Position numbers and translations under genes: made by a program
Virus record (IMG/VR): IMGVR_UViG_3300021979_000001
Span: 130,948 to 194,947 of that record
Source of the DNA: a virus
Lineage: Duplodnaviria; Heunggongvirae; Uroviricota; Caudoviricetes
DNA length: 64,000 bases
Strand: one strand, 5' to 3'
The notes under the pieces: model-generated
Databases searched by the model: none
What the model was told of the DNA's origin: nothing
Seen by the model: the letters and a program-made list of their open reading frames with translations, nothing else
Shown here: piece after piece, positions 49,517-59,445 of the stretch
Layout: each line of letters begins with the position of its first letter
Numbering within the stretch: the stretch's first letter is position 1

Positions 49517-49909
49517 TCAACTATACATTTGTATAAGATTGGTCAAGCTACCATTGCACAGGGCCAATGTAATATACATATGCCGATCAAACAGTATCAC
49601 TTGTTTATATTGATAGGTAAAATAATAAGGAAATGTTGATATGCGATCAAATTCCGTTAGGTCTTTCAACCTAGGATATTCGTTTAAATCAACCGCATTA
49701 TGCGAGTATGTTTTGGATAAAATATTAAATGCAAGGGGCTTTAATCGTAACCCGGTTGCATTGTCAATATTAGTGCCACGGAAATTCTTGAAAACAAAAT
49801 GACCGAAAGTAATATCGGACATTTTATTGATTTCCGGGGCCATTGCAGCATCGTTGTCCGCATAATAAATGCGGACAACTTTAAAAATATCTTTATATAT
49901 GTTACTCAT
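49517..49909 (-). CDS. Hypothetical phage protein
   Basis: 130 aa; GLRL..F..L, PYY; coupled to the upstream gene. Confidence 0.65.
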   Translation of the reverse strand: MSNIYKDIFKVVRIYYADNDAAMAPEINKMSDITFGHFVFKNFRGTNIDNATGLRLKPLAFNILSKTYSHNAVDLNEYPRLKDLTEFDRISTFPYYFTYQYKQVILFDRHMYITLALCNGSLTNLIQMYS

Positions 49910-50202
49910 ACATCATTTTCTGTTACCATTACACCACCGGTTAACATGTAAACCATAAATTTATCAGTTTTAAACAACTTGTTTAATTTTTCAGCCAAAT
50001 TAAAGGCATGACCAGGATTGGAAAATGACACTTTTTTATATTTTGGTCCTGGATAATCAAGTAATGTATTCAATGATCGCAAATTGATCGGTTGCCCATC
50101 AAAAAATACAGCAAATATCGCTTCTGCTTTTAATACTTGTTCTGATTTAAATGTCTTTGGGTCAGTAAAATTCAACAAAACATCTGGTTTTGGACGACTC
50201 AT
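49906..50202 (-). CDS. Jumbo-phage-type hypothetical protein
   Basis: MSRPKP..PKYKKVSFSNPGHAFNLAEKLN; AAGGA RBS; late promoter 50249-50255. Confidence 0.75.
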   Translation of the reverse strand: MSRPKPDVLLNFTDPKTFKSEQVLKAEAIFAVFFDGQPINLRSLNTLLDYPGPKYKKVSFSNPGHAFNLAEKLNKLFKTDKFMVYMLTGGVMVTENDV

Positions 50203-50306
50203 TTTTTTAGTATCCTTATTTACGCTGTGGGTCCATTCCACACATCATTATTTATTCCAAACTACAAAAAACCGCGTTTGGTAATAAAGCGCTAAGGAAC
50301 TGTTAA

Positions 50307-50600
50307 CTATTGTGGATTAATCGTGCATTTTAAATCGTAGCCATTTTCTTGTGCGGCCCGGACAATGATGTCCCGTTTGGTCTCGGCCACATCATGCGTG
50401 AACGGACCAAACCCCGTGCAACCATTGTTGTGAACCGACCATGCATATAACGTTGCCGTATCTGGGTTAATTTTAAACACATCAATAATCAATAATATAA
50501 CAAAACTCAACGGTGTTGTGTCGTCATTGTGAATAATGACACACCACATCGACGGTTTTTTATTTTCAACCTTCTGGTTTTCCAAAATTCTTTCGTCCAC
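50307..50600 (-). CDS. clpS: ClpS N-degron adaptor
   Basis: WCVIIHNDDTTPLSFV..VH..G..DVAETK. Confidence 0.85.
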   Translation of the reverse strand: MDERILENQKVENKKPSMWCVIIHNDDTTPLSFVILLIIDVFKINPDTATLYAWSVHNNGCTGFGPFTHDVAETKRDIIVRAAQENGYDLKCTINPQ

Positions 50601-50818
50601 AACATATATCCTTGTGTGTTTTCAAACGAATATCATATCATATCAATACTACACAGCGCGTTCAACACATTATTGTATCAATCGCACCAACAGTTGCATA
50701 CCACCCACTGATCCAGTAGACAATTTAAGGGTGTATGCAGCATATTAAGATGATTATTAATTTTATATTTTTAAATAAATAAAGGCATAGCACCTAATTT
50801 ATCATGAGAAGGCGAACT

Positions 50819-52507
50819 ATGTTATTAGCTGATTTGTTTGAAGGAACGACTGACACCGGATCACGGTATTTTATCGAAGAACTTGATTTATCACCTGGAC
50901 GGATTATTGATTCCAAGATTGGTAATGCCCGTATATCATACACCGTATATGATGACTACATCAAACTGCATTCGATACGAGTAAGTCAACCAAACCGCAA
51001 AAAAGGAAATGCAATCAATGCGTTACGTGAACTTTGTGCGGCGGCTGATACGTATGGGTATGATATTTTTCTTGATGCCTCGCCACTTGATAAACGAACC
51101 CGTCTTGATAAATTAGTTGCATTATATCGAAAATTTGGTTTTGAACTCACCGGAAAAACAATCAATCCGGTTGGCGATCCCCAAATGGTCAGGAAAGCAC
51201 AACCGCCAAAGTTAAATGATAATAGTAATGTAATTTCAGAAAACACTAACTTACAGCAATCGGTAAATAATCCTGCACTGATGACACTAGCAGAATACAT
51301 GACGTTTATGAACCCATCAGATAAACATCATTCGGAAAATGCATATAATTATACGGTGAATTCACTAAATAATATTTCCAATTTTTTCAGTAATCAGGTA
51401 ATGCTACCGTCCGAATGGAAAAACTATTCAGTTTATTCTGATAATAACCAAAACTATTTTATTCGGTTCCAGGACAAGAATGTCGGTTGGGTAGAACATG
51501 GTGTATTGTATATTGATAAACAGTATTATTTAAGAGGATTTGAAGACGCATTCGCCCAGGATTTAGAAATAAAATATGTGAAATATCCCGAACACCATTT
51601 TACTGAAATGCTTGCCGCGAAAGCAAAACGTGAATACCCAATTTTGTTACAAAATTTGTTATCAAAGGGCGAGCAATTTCAGCTACGCAAAAACGAACAC
51701 GATGACCTGGCAATTTTGAATGATCTTGGTCTCATTGTCTCTATAGCACAGAATGAATATGGATGCATTCTAGTATCCACCACAAAAGAATATCGAGGAT
51801 ATGGTTTCGGACGATTACTTGGTATTAGGTTTCGTGAATTACACCCGGATTTTAATACCGGTGGTGTAACCCCAAATGGACAAAAGCAAGTCGTTCGTAT
51901 TTGGAAAAAATACATAAGTGATGCAATAAAAAATGGGCTTTATACCCGCATGCTACGGGCTGGTAATATAACCAAGTCGCGAATCAATGACATCCTGTCT
52001 GATTACGATGGGGCCAAATTTACCTCAAATATCAACAAAACCACCAATATTGCAGCTAAAATACCAGATGATTACAAAAATTGGTTGGTATTTAATTATA
52101 ATAATTCAATAATTGTTTATCATCGTTCTGTATATGATGCATCACCCGCAGACGACGATTTGGAAAAATACATTGTTGGGTATTTACATTTGGAACACAT
52201 GTCGTCGGGAATACCAACATTACACGATATTCAATATGTGAATCAACGGGCAGAAAAGATTTTAATTTACGGATCGTTATTCTTAACAAACAACAAACTT
52301 GCAATAGATCACGAAGCATCCGATTTTACCGATAGTATCAAAACTCTCGATGATGTGACAATTAATAATAACATGGCATCAACAACTCGCGATCTGAATA
52401 TTTTATCGAAACTGTTTGATTATGAAAAAATCATTCGTTTAAAAAATGATCCATATAGCGAATATATGTATGCAATACAATCTGCCGCAGAATCAAAATG
52501 GCTGTGA
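50819..52507 (+). CDS. Polyvalent protein with two GNAT-like domains (leader MLLADLFE); putative virion protein
   Basis: RVSQPNRKKGNA..LYRKFGF and TKEYRGYGFG..TPNG; ATAAATA 50775-50781. Confidence 0.7.
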   Translation: MLLADLFEGTTDTGSRYFIEELDLSPGRIIDSKIGNARISYTVYDDYIKLHSIRVSQPNRKKGNAINALRELCAAADTYGYDIFLDASPLDKRTRLDKLVALYRKFGFELTGKTINPVGDPQMVRKAQPPKLNDNSNVISENTNLQQSVNNPALMTLAEYMTFMNPSDKHHSENAYNYTVNSLNNISNFFSNQVMLPSEWKNYSVYSDNNQNYFIRFQDKNVGWVEHGVLYIDKQYYLRGFEDAFAQDLEIKYVKYPEHHFTEMLAAKAKREYPILLQNLLSKGEQFQLRKNEHDDLAILNDLGLIVSIAQNEYGCILVSTTKEYRGYGFGRLLGIRFRELHPDFNTGGVTPNGQKQVVRIWKKYISDAIKNGLYTRMLRAGNITKSRINDILSDYDGAKFTSNINKTTNIAAKIPDDYKNWLVFNYNNSIIVYHRSVYDASPADDDLEKYIVGYLHLEHMSSGIPTLHDIQYVNQRAEKILIYGSLFLTNNKLAIDHEASDFTDSIKTLDDVTINNNMASTTRDLNILSKLFDYEKIIRLKNDPYSEYMYAIQSAAESKWL

Positions 52508-52577
52508 TTGAAAAATATCAGGAAGACCGTGTGGTTTATGGCATACTCCGCGAAAATGTCAGCTTACCATAAAGCAT

Positions 52578-52612
52578 AAAAACGGGCTTGGTTAATACCC
52601 AAGCCCGTTTTT
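52578..52612. terminator. Bidirectional intrinsic terminator
   Basis: aaaaacgggcttgg...ccaagcccgttttt. Confidence 0.85.
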
Positions 52613-52614
52613 AA

Positions 52615-54090
52615 TTAAAACTTAATTTTTTTAAGTTCTTCCAATTCTGAAATATACACTTGTTTTAATTTAGTGGGTGATTTCAGAATTGAAACATTAA
52701 GTTTTATATTTTTTTCCAGTTCGGCAATTTTATTTTTCACGTCCTGGGAAAATTCAACTGTCCATTTGTATGTGGCAAGATTTACGATTTTTTCTATTTG
52801 AGTGTCGTCAACGTTAATTTTTTTTGCAGTTGCTACTTTGGTAACATCCGCAACAACATCGGCCTTGTTTCCAAATTTTCCCAAACGTTGCGTGAATTTA
52901 TTGGTGAACAGCGCATCAATGCATTTCCAATATAACAATTCGTAATTATCATCCTTTACCAGTTTTTGATACCGGTTTGTATACCAGCCTAGACGCCAGT
53001 TAACAAATTCATAGATAAGGTCTTCGGGTGATGAATATTGTGAAATGGTCGTATAAGCCTGTTTTAAGGCCGTATATGCATCATTGCGCTGTTCCGGTGT
53101 CTGCGCCTTACGCAATTGTTCTTCCGCATCAGTGACCTTCGTGAGCGATCCCACCACAACAATGCGTTCCTTGGTCGTCTCACGCAATTTGAAGAATGTG
53201 ATTGCATCTTTTTCAGTCCAATCTTTAATTTGTCCGCGTTTAAAAGTCACCGTTATATCAATGTTTTCGGTTGACCGATCTGCAAACGTAACAAACTGCT
53301 TTTCTTCCTCCATGGAAATTAATCGTCTACGAAATTGCTCCACGGTCATCATTGGTGGAAGTTCGGTAATACGAATAGTGGTAGTGTTCACAATTTCACA
53401 ACTACCATAGAACGCCCATTGATTATCGCCGACTTTTTCAATTTTGGTGGCATACCGGTCAAATTTTGGTGGAAGCGACTTGATTTTATTTCCGGTTAAC
53501 GCATCTTGCGTTGCATTAATTAAGGCTTTGAGATCATGTGGTAGAATTTCAGTTGACCAACCAACCGCAACCCCTTTGATGCCGTTTAACAGCACAAGCG
53601 GAACTAACGGCAGAAAATGAACCGGTAAATAATTTGAGCCATCATAATTATCTTTTAGTGGCACTAAATTCAAATCTGCATAAAGCAATTTTTCTGCCGC
53701 TTTTGCTCGTCTGATTTCAGTATATCGGGGTGCCCCGATGCCTTCAACCGGTGCTACTCGATTACCAAATTGGCCCAATCCTTCCAGCAACGGGATATTG
53801 TTTTTAAACGGGGCACACAACAATCCAATCATGTTATTTGCCGACGCTTCCCCATGGTGATATAGCTTTTCATATCCCATAAGACCGGTCAGTGCGAAGG
53901 TTTTAAGTTTTTCAGCACGGTTGCGCACCAGCCATAATGCAGTGCGTTGTGCTTCTTTCATACCATCCAATACCAGAGGAATACCACGAGTATCGCAAAC
54001 ATAAATCGCATATTCTCGTGAACTGTCCAGTAGATACTTACTACCTGGGTGATCTTTATCATTTACAATATTCAGAAAATTAAACGTCAT
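52615..54090 (-). CDS. Type IIA topoisomerase medium subunit (T4 gp52/GyrA-like)
   Basis: RGIP..DGMK..QR, YHHGE, GQFG, APRYT catalytic Tyr, ITELP. Confidence 0.95.
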   Translation of the reverse strand: MTFNFLNIVNDKDHPGSKYLLDSSREYAIYVCDTRGIPLVLDGMKEAQRTALWLVRNRAEKLKTFALTGLMGYEKLYHHGEASANNMIGLLCAPFKNNIPLLEGLGQFGNRVAPVEGIGAPRYTEIRRAKAAEKLLYADLNLVPLKDNYDGSNYLPVHFLPLVPLVLLNGIKGVAVGWSTEILPHDLKALINATQDALTGNKIKSLPPKFDRYATKIEKVGDNQWAFYGSCEIVNTTTIRITELPPMMTVEQFRRRLISMEEEKQFVTFADRSTENIDITVTFKRGQIKDWTEKDAITFFKLRETTKERIVVVGSLTKVTDAEEQLRKAQTPEQRNDAYTALKQAYTTISQYSSPEDLIYEFVNWRLGWYTNRYQKLVKDDNYELLYWKCIDALFTNKFTQRLGKFGNKADVVADVTKVATAKKINVDDTQIEKIVNLATYKWTVEFSQDVKNKIAELEKNIKLNVSILKSPTKLKQVYISELEELKKIKF

Positions 54091-54434
54091 CGATTAATAA
54101 CATCCATTAAAATTAAAAGTGCATGATCTTCTGCCTTGGTTAGACATAATGACACTGTGGTTTTATTTGCATTATCTGGGTCAGCCCACGGCACAAACGT
54201 ATGTTTGCCAATAAATCTGGTTTTGTCAAAATCTTTGAATAAAGTCAAATCCAGTTTTCGATTTGGAACAATAATAGGAAAACACATATTGAAAATTTCA
54301 AGAGTGTCCAACGACGATGCCGCGTTGCTTTCTTTGACTTTCTTATGAATGTAGGACAGCAATGACATGCTGTTGACATATCCGTTTTTGTCAACGTCAA
54401 ATAAATTAAGTTCATCATTCGATATTTCTAACAT
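54087..54434 (-). CDS. Hypothetical protein
   Basis: 115 aa; ends CLTKAEDHALLIL. Confidence 0.55.
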   Translation of the reverse strand: MLEISNDELNLFDVDKNGYVNSMSLLSYIHKKVKESNAASSLDTLEIFNMCFPIIVPNRKLDLTLFKDFDKTRFIGKHTFVPWADPDNANKTTVSLCLTKAEDHALLILMDVINR

Positions 54435-54712
54435 CTGAATAGCATCTTTCCCATTTCATAATCTATCCTGGACATAAACCATAACACAACGGTCATATCA
54501 AATTTATCATGAGGAAAATTACGCTGGCGTGATGGTGCAGGCCCGACTACATGTTTCACCATAGATACTTGGTTAACACGCCAATATATTCTTCCAATAC
54601 AACTTTCTCTAACCTTATTTTCAATGTCCGATAATGTCAAGGTATCTGATAGTTCAACATGCAAAGTGTATTTGCATTTTTTTGGTTTTACAACACTATG
54701 TGAGAATATCAT
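54428..54712 (-). CDS. Hypothetical protein
   Basis: 94 aa; ends LWFMSRIDYEMGKML. Confidence 0.55.
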   Translation of the reverse strand: MIFSHSVVKPKKCKYTLHVELSDTLTLSDIENKVRESCIGRIYWRVNQVSMVKHVVGPAPSRQRNFPHDKFDMTVVLWFMSRIDYEMGKMLFRC

Positions 54713-55098
54713 TTTACCCCATAATTTTTCACTAAAAATTCAAATGTTATAGGATTATTGCAAAACACATATGGCAGCGACGTTGCAATAATTATTTTTC
54801 CACTTAACCCGGTGTTCATTAAGTCATACTTATTTACCGGCTGGGGCAACTTGATCACATAACCCATTGAGTGTTCAGCAATCTGACACGCCCCCAAATA
54901 CAGTTTACTGTAATCGTATTTGTCATAATCAGGTGTCATAATTTCAGACATGATTGCATCAATCGAGTAAACAGCATTTCCAGGAATAAGTGACAATGCA
55001 GTAATATGAGTTTGAACACGGCGACAAAAATCCATAAAGGAATCTTGTGTTGCACATTCACCAATGGAAACACACGCATCCCGAACAATATACACCAC
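54709..55098 (-). CDS. Hypothetical protein
   Basis: 129 aa, overlap-coupled. Confidence 0.55.
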   Translation of the reverse strand: MVYIVRDACVSIGECATQDSFMDFCRRVQTHITALSLIPGNAVYSIDAIMSEIMTPDYDKYDYSKLYLGACQIAEHSMGYVIKLPQPVNKYDLMNTGLSGKIIIATSLPYVFCNNPITFEFLVKNYGVK

Positions 55099-55208
55099 TT
55101 TTCACACTCCAAAAAATAACAACGATAACAATTATTGCACACGAACCATTAATATACTCTAAAGAATGGGCGGGGTTTTTACCCACCCACTCTTTCTCTT
55201 TCTCTATC

Positions 55209-57134
55209 TCACATACCAATCCATTCCTTGCGGTCACCCGCCCGATTTGAATTAAATAACAAATCTAACGTTTCGGCAAGCATACTAGATGTGTTTCCAT
55301 GTTCATCAATATAATATTCATTGATAATGGGCCGCAGTTTTGGATTTCCAATAACATGTTTCCAATCCGGCATTTTTAATGCTGCCAAACCTTTTGCTCG
55401 TGTGATTTCCCACCCTTTGAATTTATCCGGTTCAAACATATGATAATTATCATTATACCAATATTTTCGAGTTTTTCCCTTAACTGCAATAATTAATGGC
55501 GTATCAAAAATATAAATAAATGGTTCCTTGTTTTCATCGAATAATTCGGGCCATTGCAGAAAGAAAAAATTAACCAGCAATGCTGCGATATTTTTACCAT
55601 CTTCATCTGCATCGGTGCAGATATAAACCTTACCATACCGCAGGGTTGATCGATTAACACGCTGCCCTGGCACCAACCCAATTGCATTCATTATGTTTGC
55701 CAACGCGGCATTTTCCATCACTGTTTTCTTAGTTTGACCAAAAACGTTCAGAATTTTACCACGTAATGGCAATCCACCATGAATGTCTGGATTTCGAGCC
55801 TCCACCATCCCGGAAATAGCAGATTTCCCTTCACCCAGAAACAGAATCGATTTAGAACGGTCGCGACCACAGGCATCATCTAAATCTTCAATCTTGACCC
55901 GTAAATTTTGCTTTGCCAGGCGATTGACATCACGTGCATCTTGTTTCTGTGTCCGTATTGCACATCGTTCATAGATACGTTCAATCCAGGCTGGGTTATT
56001 CTTGATTATCTTTTTGAAAAATTCAGCATCAGCCATATGGTGTCGAACAACCGAAATCACCCATTCATTGATTAACCGGGTTTTTGATTGTGAGTCAAAA
56101 CTTGGGGCATCCATTTCGGTTACGTTGAAAAGTAGCATTCCGCCAGAAATATCACTACGATTGGGTGACAAATTCTTTCGGCTTCTGTCTTTTTTCAATG
56201 CATCAACCAGCCCCGAATAAAATAGTTTACGAAATGAATCAACATGTGTCCCACCATTGAACACGGGAATGGCATTGACAATACTATGAACAAAATCGGT
56301 AGTTCCATCATCCATGAATTCCGGGACCAAATAAAAATTTGAAAGAAATTTGGCTGTATCGGATTCAATAGTAATCTTGATTGGGTTATTGTTACCGAAA
56401 ATTGTCTTTTCGATGGATTGCTTTGCTTTTAATTGTTGACCATTATAAAAAATCTTTAATTTTGGATAAATCATCGCCACTTCAAACATACGCGACTTGA
56501 CCAGTTCTTCTGGCAAGATCAGATGTTTAAACACGTGTGATGATAACTTAAAATCGACTCTTGTTCCGGTCTGCTTGTTTGAATCGGGGAAAATAGTTGC
56601 ATCATTAATGTTAAGTTTATTCTTCTTCAAATCTTCACTAAACGATTGAGAAAAATGTTTTTTATCACGTCTGATCGAAATATTAAAAAATTCCGAACAA
56701 AAGTTAACAATCGATGCACCAACCCCGTTCAAACCACGGGTGGCCCCGCGATCATCCCCGAAATTTCTGCCCGCCTTGGTTTCAACCATCGCCGCAGTAG
56801 CGATATATTGCTTAATAGTTTTATCAAACGTGATCGGGATACCCCGGCCATTATCTGTAACCGAAAATACCATGGTTTCAGGGTCGTAAGTCACGTCTAT
56901 TCGGTTACCATGCCCTTCGGTTACAACTTCATCAAGTGCATTGTCCAGGATTTCTCGAAATGCAGTGAAAACAGCCGGAACCCAGGTCAGTTCACGAATT
57001 ACAGGGGTATCATTGTCGTAAAGCATAACCTCTTGTGTGTGCGGATCACGCGATCCCAGATACATTTCCGTCCTGATTCGTGCATGCTGATAATCATCTA
57101 ATACTGAAAATTCTTTTTCGCTCTTTGCGGTCAT
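55209..57134 (-). CDS. Type IIA topoisomerase large subunit (GHKL ATPase plus TOPRIM; gp39+60/GyrB-like)
   Basis: EILDNALDE, DNGRGIP, GLNGVGAS, EGKSA, PLRGKILN, TDADEDG, KGL. Confidence 0.95.
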   Translation of the reverse strand: MTAKSEKEFSVLDDYQHARIRTEMYLGSRDPHTQEVMLYDNDTPVIRELTWVPAVFTAFREILDNALDEVVTEGHGNRIDVTYDPETMVFSVTDNGRGIPITFDKTIKQYIATAAMVETKAGRNFGDDRGATRGLNGVGASIVNFCSEFFNISIRRDKKHFSQSFSEDLKKNKLNINDATIFPDSNKQTGTRVDFKLSSHVFKHLILPEELVKSRMFEVAMIYPKLKIFYNGQQLKAKQSIEKTIFGNNNPIKITIESDTAKFLSNFYLVPEFMDDGTTDFVHSIVNAIPVFNGGTHVDSFRKLFYSGLVDALKKDRSRKNLSPNRSDISGGMLLFNVTEMDAPSFDSQSKTRLINEWVISVVRHHMADAEFFKKIIKNNPAWIERIYERCAIRTQKQDARDVNRLAKQNLRVKIEDLDDACGRDRSKSILFLGEGKSAISGMVEARNPDIHGGLPLRGKILNVFGQTKKTVMENAALANIMNAIGLVPGQRVNRSTLRYGKVYICTDADEDGKNIAALLVNFFFLQWPELFDENKEPFIYIFDTPLIIAVKGKTRKYWYNDNYHMFEPDKFKGWEITRAKGLAALKMPDWKHVIGNPKLRPIINEYYIDEHGNTSSMLAETLDLLFNSNRAGDRKEWIGM

Positions 57135-57252
57135 ATCAAAATCACTAATAATTGGTTACGATAGTTTTGTATCTACCACAGTGTATCGTATCCGGTCAAA
57201 ATTAAAAACCGGATAAATACATATAGTTACACATACGGAGTTTTACCTAATA

Positions 57253-57798
57253 ATGGCTAGTTCATCTTACCACGTTGAAATCACTGGAATTTCAGGGACA
57301 TCACCATCAGATGGTTTCATCGACAACAAGAAAATCGAAAACTACATGGCAGATGGATCGATCCCGACCACTTTTGCTAATTCTACCGCAAAAGAGCGAG
57401 GAAATCAACGGTTTGTCTCAATGATCGCACAATTACAACTGATGGCTAACTGTGATCTGGTTGAAATTGTCGCAACCGGCGCGAATGCCAATACGGCACC
57501 ATCCAAATTTGAATTTGATTTGGTTTTTGAACATGGTGATTCCGTATTGGTTACCAATGACGAGTCAAATCCAGGAGAAGTATTAACCGGAATTGACGCG
57601 ATCAAACGGTGTATTGCGCGAATGATGATTGAAGATCGCGAAGATTTTTCTGATATTTACGACCCAACGGAATCAACAACCCCAACTAATGACGAATCTA
57701 TCCCTCGCGTTGGTGTCAGAATTGCGCATATGATAACCGGTCAACTCGTTAATAATTTGACATCAGGGGAAGAAAATATTACTGTATCTACTAATTGA
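57253..57798 (+). CDS. Putative virion structural protein
   Basis: Acidic, Ser/Thr-rich 181 aa; ATAAATA 57213-57219. Confidence 0.6.
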   Translation: MASSSYHVEITGISGTSPSDGFIDNKKIENYMADGSIPTTFANSTAKERGNQRFVSMIAQLQLMANCDLVEIVATGANANTAPSKFEFDLVFEHGDSVLVTNDESNPGEVLTGIDAIKRCIARMMIEDREDFSDIYDPTESTTPTNDESIPRVGVRIAHMITGQLVNNLTSGEENITVSTN

Positions 57799-57978
57799 AA
57801 ATTGATTAGTATATGATAAATGATAACATCATTTTTTAAACAGTTTGACTTTGCTATCTAATACCGGATGGAAATTCATTAACGATATGAATACCCATCC
57901 GGTAATGTTTTTATACCCAATCACTAGAATATTATTATTGTTGTTGATCACGATTATTTATAAGCGAGAAATTTAAAT

Positions 57979-59418
57979 ATGACCAAATTATTCGTTGGGG
58001 TTTTTACTCTTTTATTTGCGATAATCATATCAGGTGTTGCAGCATACTTTTCGGTATATGGTCTTGCTGCCCTGTTTGCTGCTGCCGCACTGCCTGTTAT
58101 CATCATGGGTAGCGCATTGGAAGGCGGAAAACTTATTGCGGCAGCATGGTTACATGCAAACTGGAAAAATCCCCAGGTTAATTTTTTTCATAAAACATAT
58201 TTGATGGCCGCTGTTGTTGCTTTGATGCTTATTACTGCAACCGGGATTTATGGGTATCTATCAAAGGGTCATCTGGAACAGGCCGCGCCGGTGGCTGGTA
58301 TCGAATTAAAAATAGAGCATATACAACAACAAGTAGATGCCAAAGAAACCGATATTAGAAATCTCAAAGCCAGATTGGAACAGCTAAACGCTGCGGTTGA
58401 TGTTTATTTCAAAAACGACTATGCAACAAAAGGTTTGGCAGTTCGTGCTAAACAAAAGGAAGAACGTGCTGAAATTTCAACATCGATGGATGCAAATTAT
58501 GCAGCAATTGCCTCCTATAATGATCAGATTACCAATCTTAAATTGCAAGTAAATGATGTCGAAGCAAAATTAGGCCCGGTAAAATACGTGGCCCAATTAT
58601 TCGGCTGGACCGATCCCGAAATAGCTGTGCGAATGCTGATCCTGTTATTGATGTTTGCATTTGACCCGTTAGCCGTAATCATGGTGCTATCCGGGACGAT
58701 TACTATTGGTGATTACATACGAGATCGGGCGGAACGTAAAGCCAAAAACGATGAAGAAGACATGATCGATGCCAACACCAGATATGCCGAAGCCGAAAAA
58801 TTATTAACCGAAGCCCATGCATTACGCGAAGATAATGAACGAATGCAGGAAATATTGGCAAATAGTGAAAAAGATCAATCCGTCATGGCAGATACCCTCA
58901 AACAACAAATTGCGGATATTGAGCAGAAAAAAGCAGATCATGACAGAATGGTAGAAGAAAGTATCACCTTACATACCGAATTGGATAAAAAATATCAACA
59001 GGTGACCGATGCCGTATATCAAATTGAAATGGATCGAGAGTCATTAGATCAGTTAATTGTCGAGTTGGATCATCAACAGGCGTTAATTGATAATGAACGC
59101 ATGGAAATAAATGCATATCATGACGAAATCAATAAAAAAATTGCCGAATTACACACCATGCAAGATTTGCTGAATGAAGACAGAGATCAATTAATCGCAA
59201 TTGCAACTGATATGCTGGATAAAGAAAGAATACTTTCTGATTTTGATGCAGAACACAACAGTATCTTGCCGGAATTAGAAAAATTATTAATCGAAAATAA
59301 CACCCACGTTATTGATTCTTTCGATGATATGGCTCCTGATATTGACCAAAATGATATTGAAAATGCAGAAAATAAAACCAGAAATGCTGAATCATGGTTC
59401 TGCGAACCTAAATATTAA
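57979..59418 (+). CDS. Membrane protein with long coiled coils
   Basis: Three N-terminal TM helices, GIYGYLSK, GPVKYVA, FDPLAV, acidic coiled-coil tail. Confidence 0.75.
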   Translation: MTKLFVGVFTLLFAIIISGVAAYFSVYGLAALFAAAALPVIIMGSALEGGKLIAAAWLHANWKNPQVNFFHKTYLMAAVVALMLITATGIYGYLSKGHLEQAAPVAGIELKIEHIQQQVDAKETDIRNLKARLEQLNAAVDVYFKNDYATKGLAVRAKQKEERAEISTSMDANYAAIASYNDQITNLKLQVNDVEAKLGPVKYVAQLFGWTDPEIAVRMLILLLMFAFDPLAVIMVLSGTITIGDYIRDRAERKAKNDEEDMIDANTRYAEAEKLLTEAHALREDNERMQEILANSEKDQSVMADTLKQQIADIEQKKADHDRMVEESITLHTELDKKYQQVTDAVYQIEMDRESLDQLIVELDHQQALIDNERMEINAYHDEINKKIAELHTMQDLLNEDRDQLIAIATDMLDKERILSDFDAEHNSILPELEKLLIENNTHVIDSFDDMAPDIDQNDIENAENKTRNAESWFCEPKY

Positions 59419-59445
59419 TGTGTAGACATTTAAGGATAAAAAATA

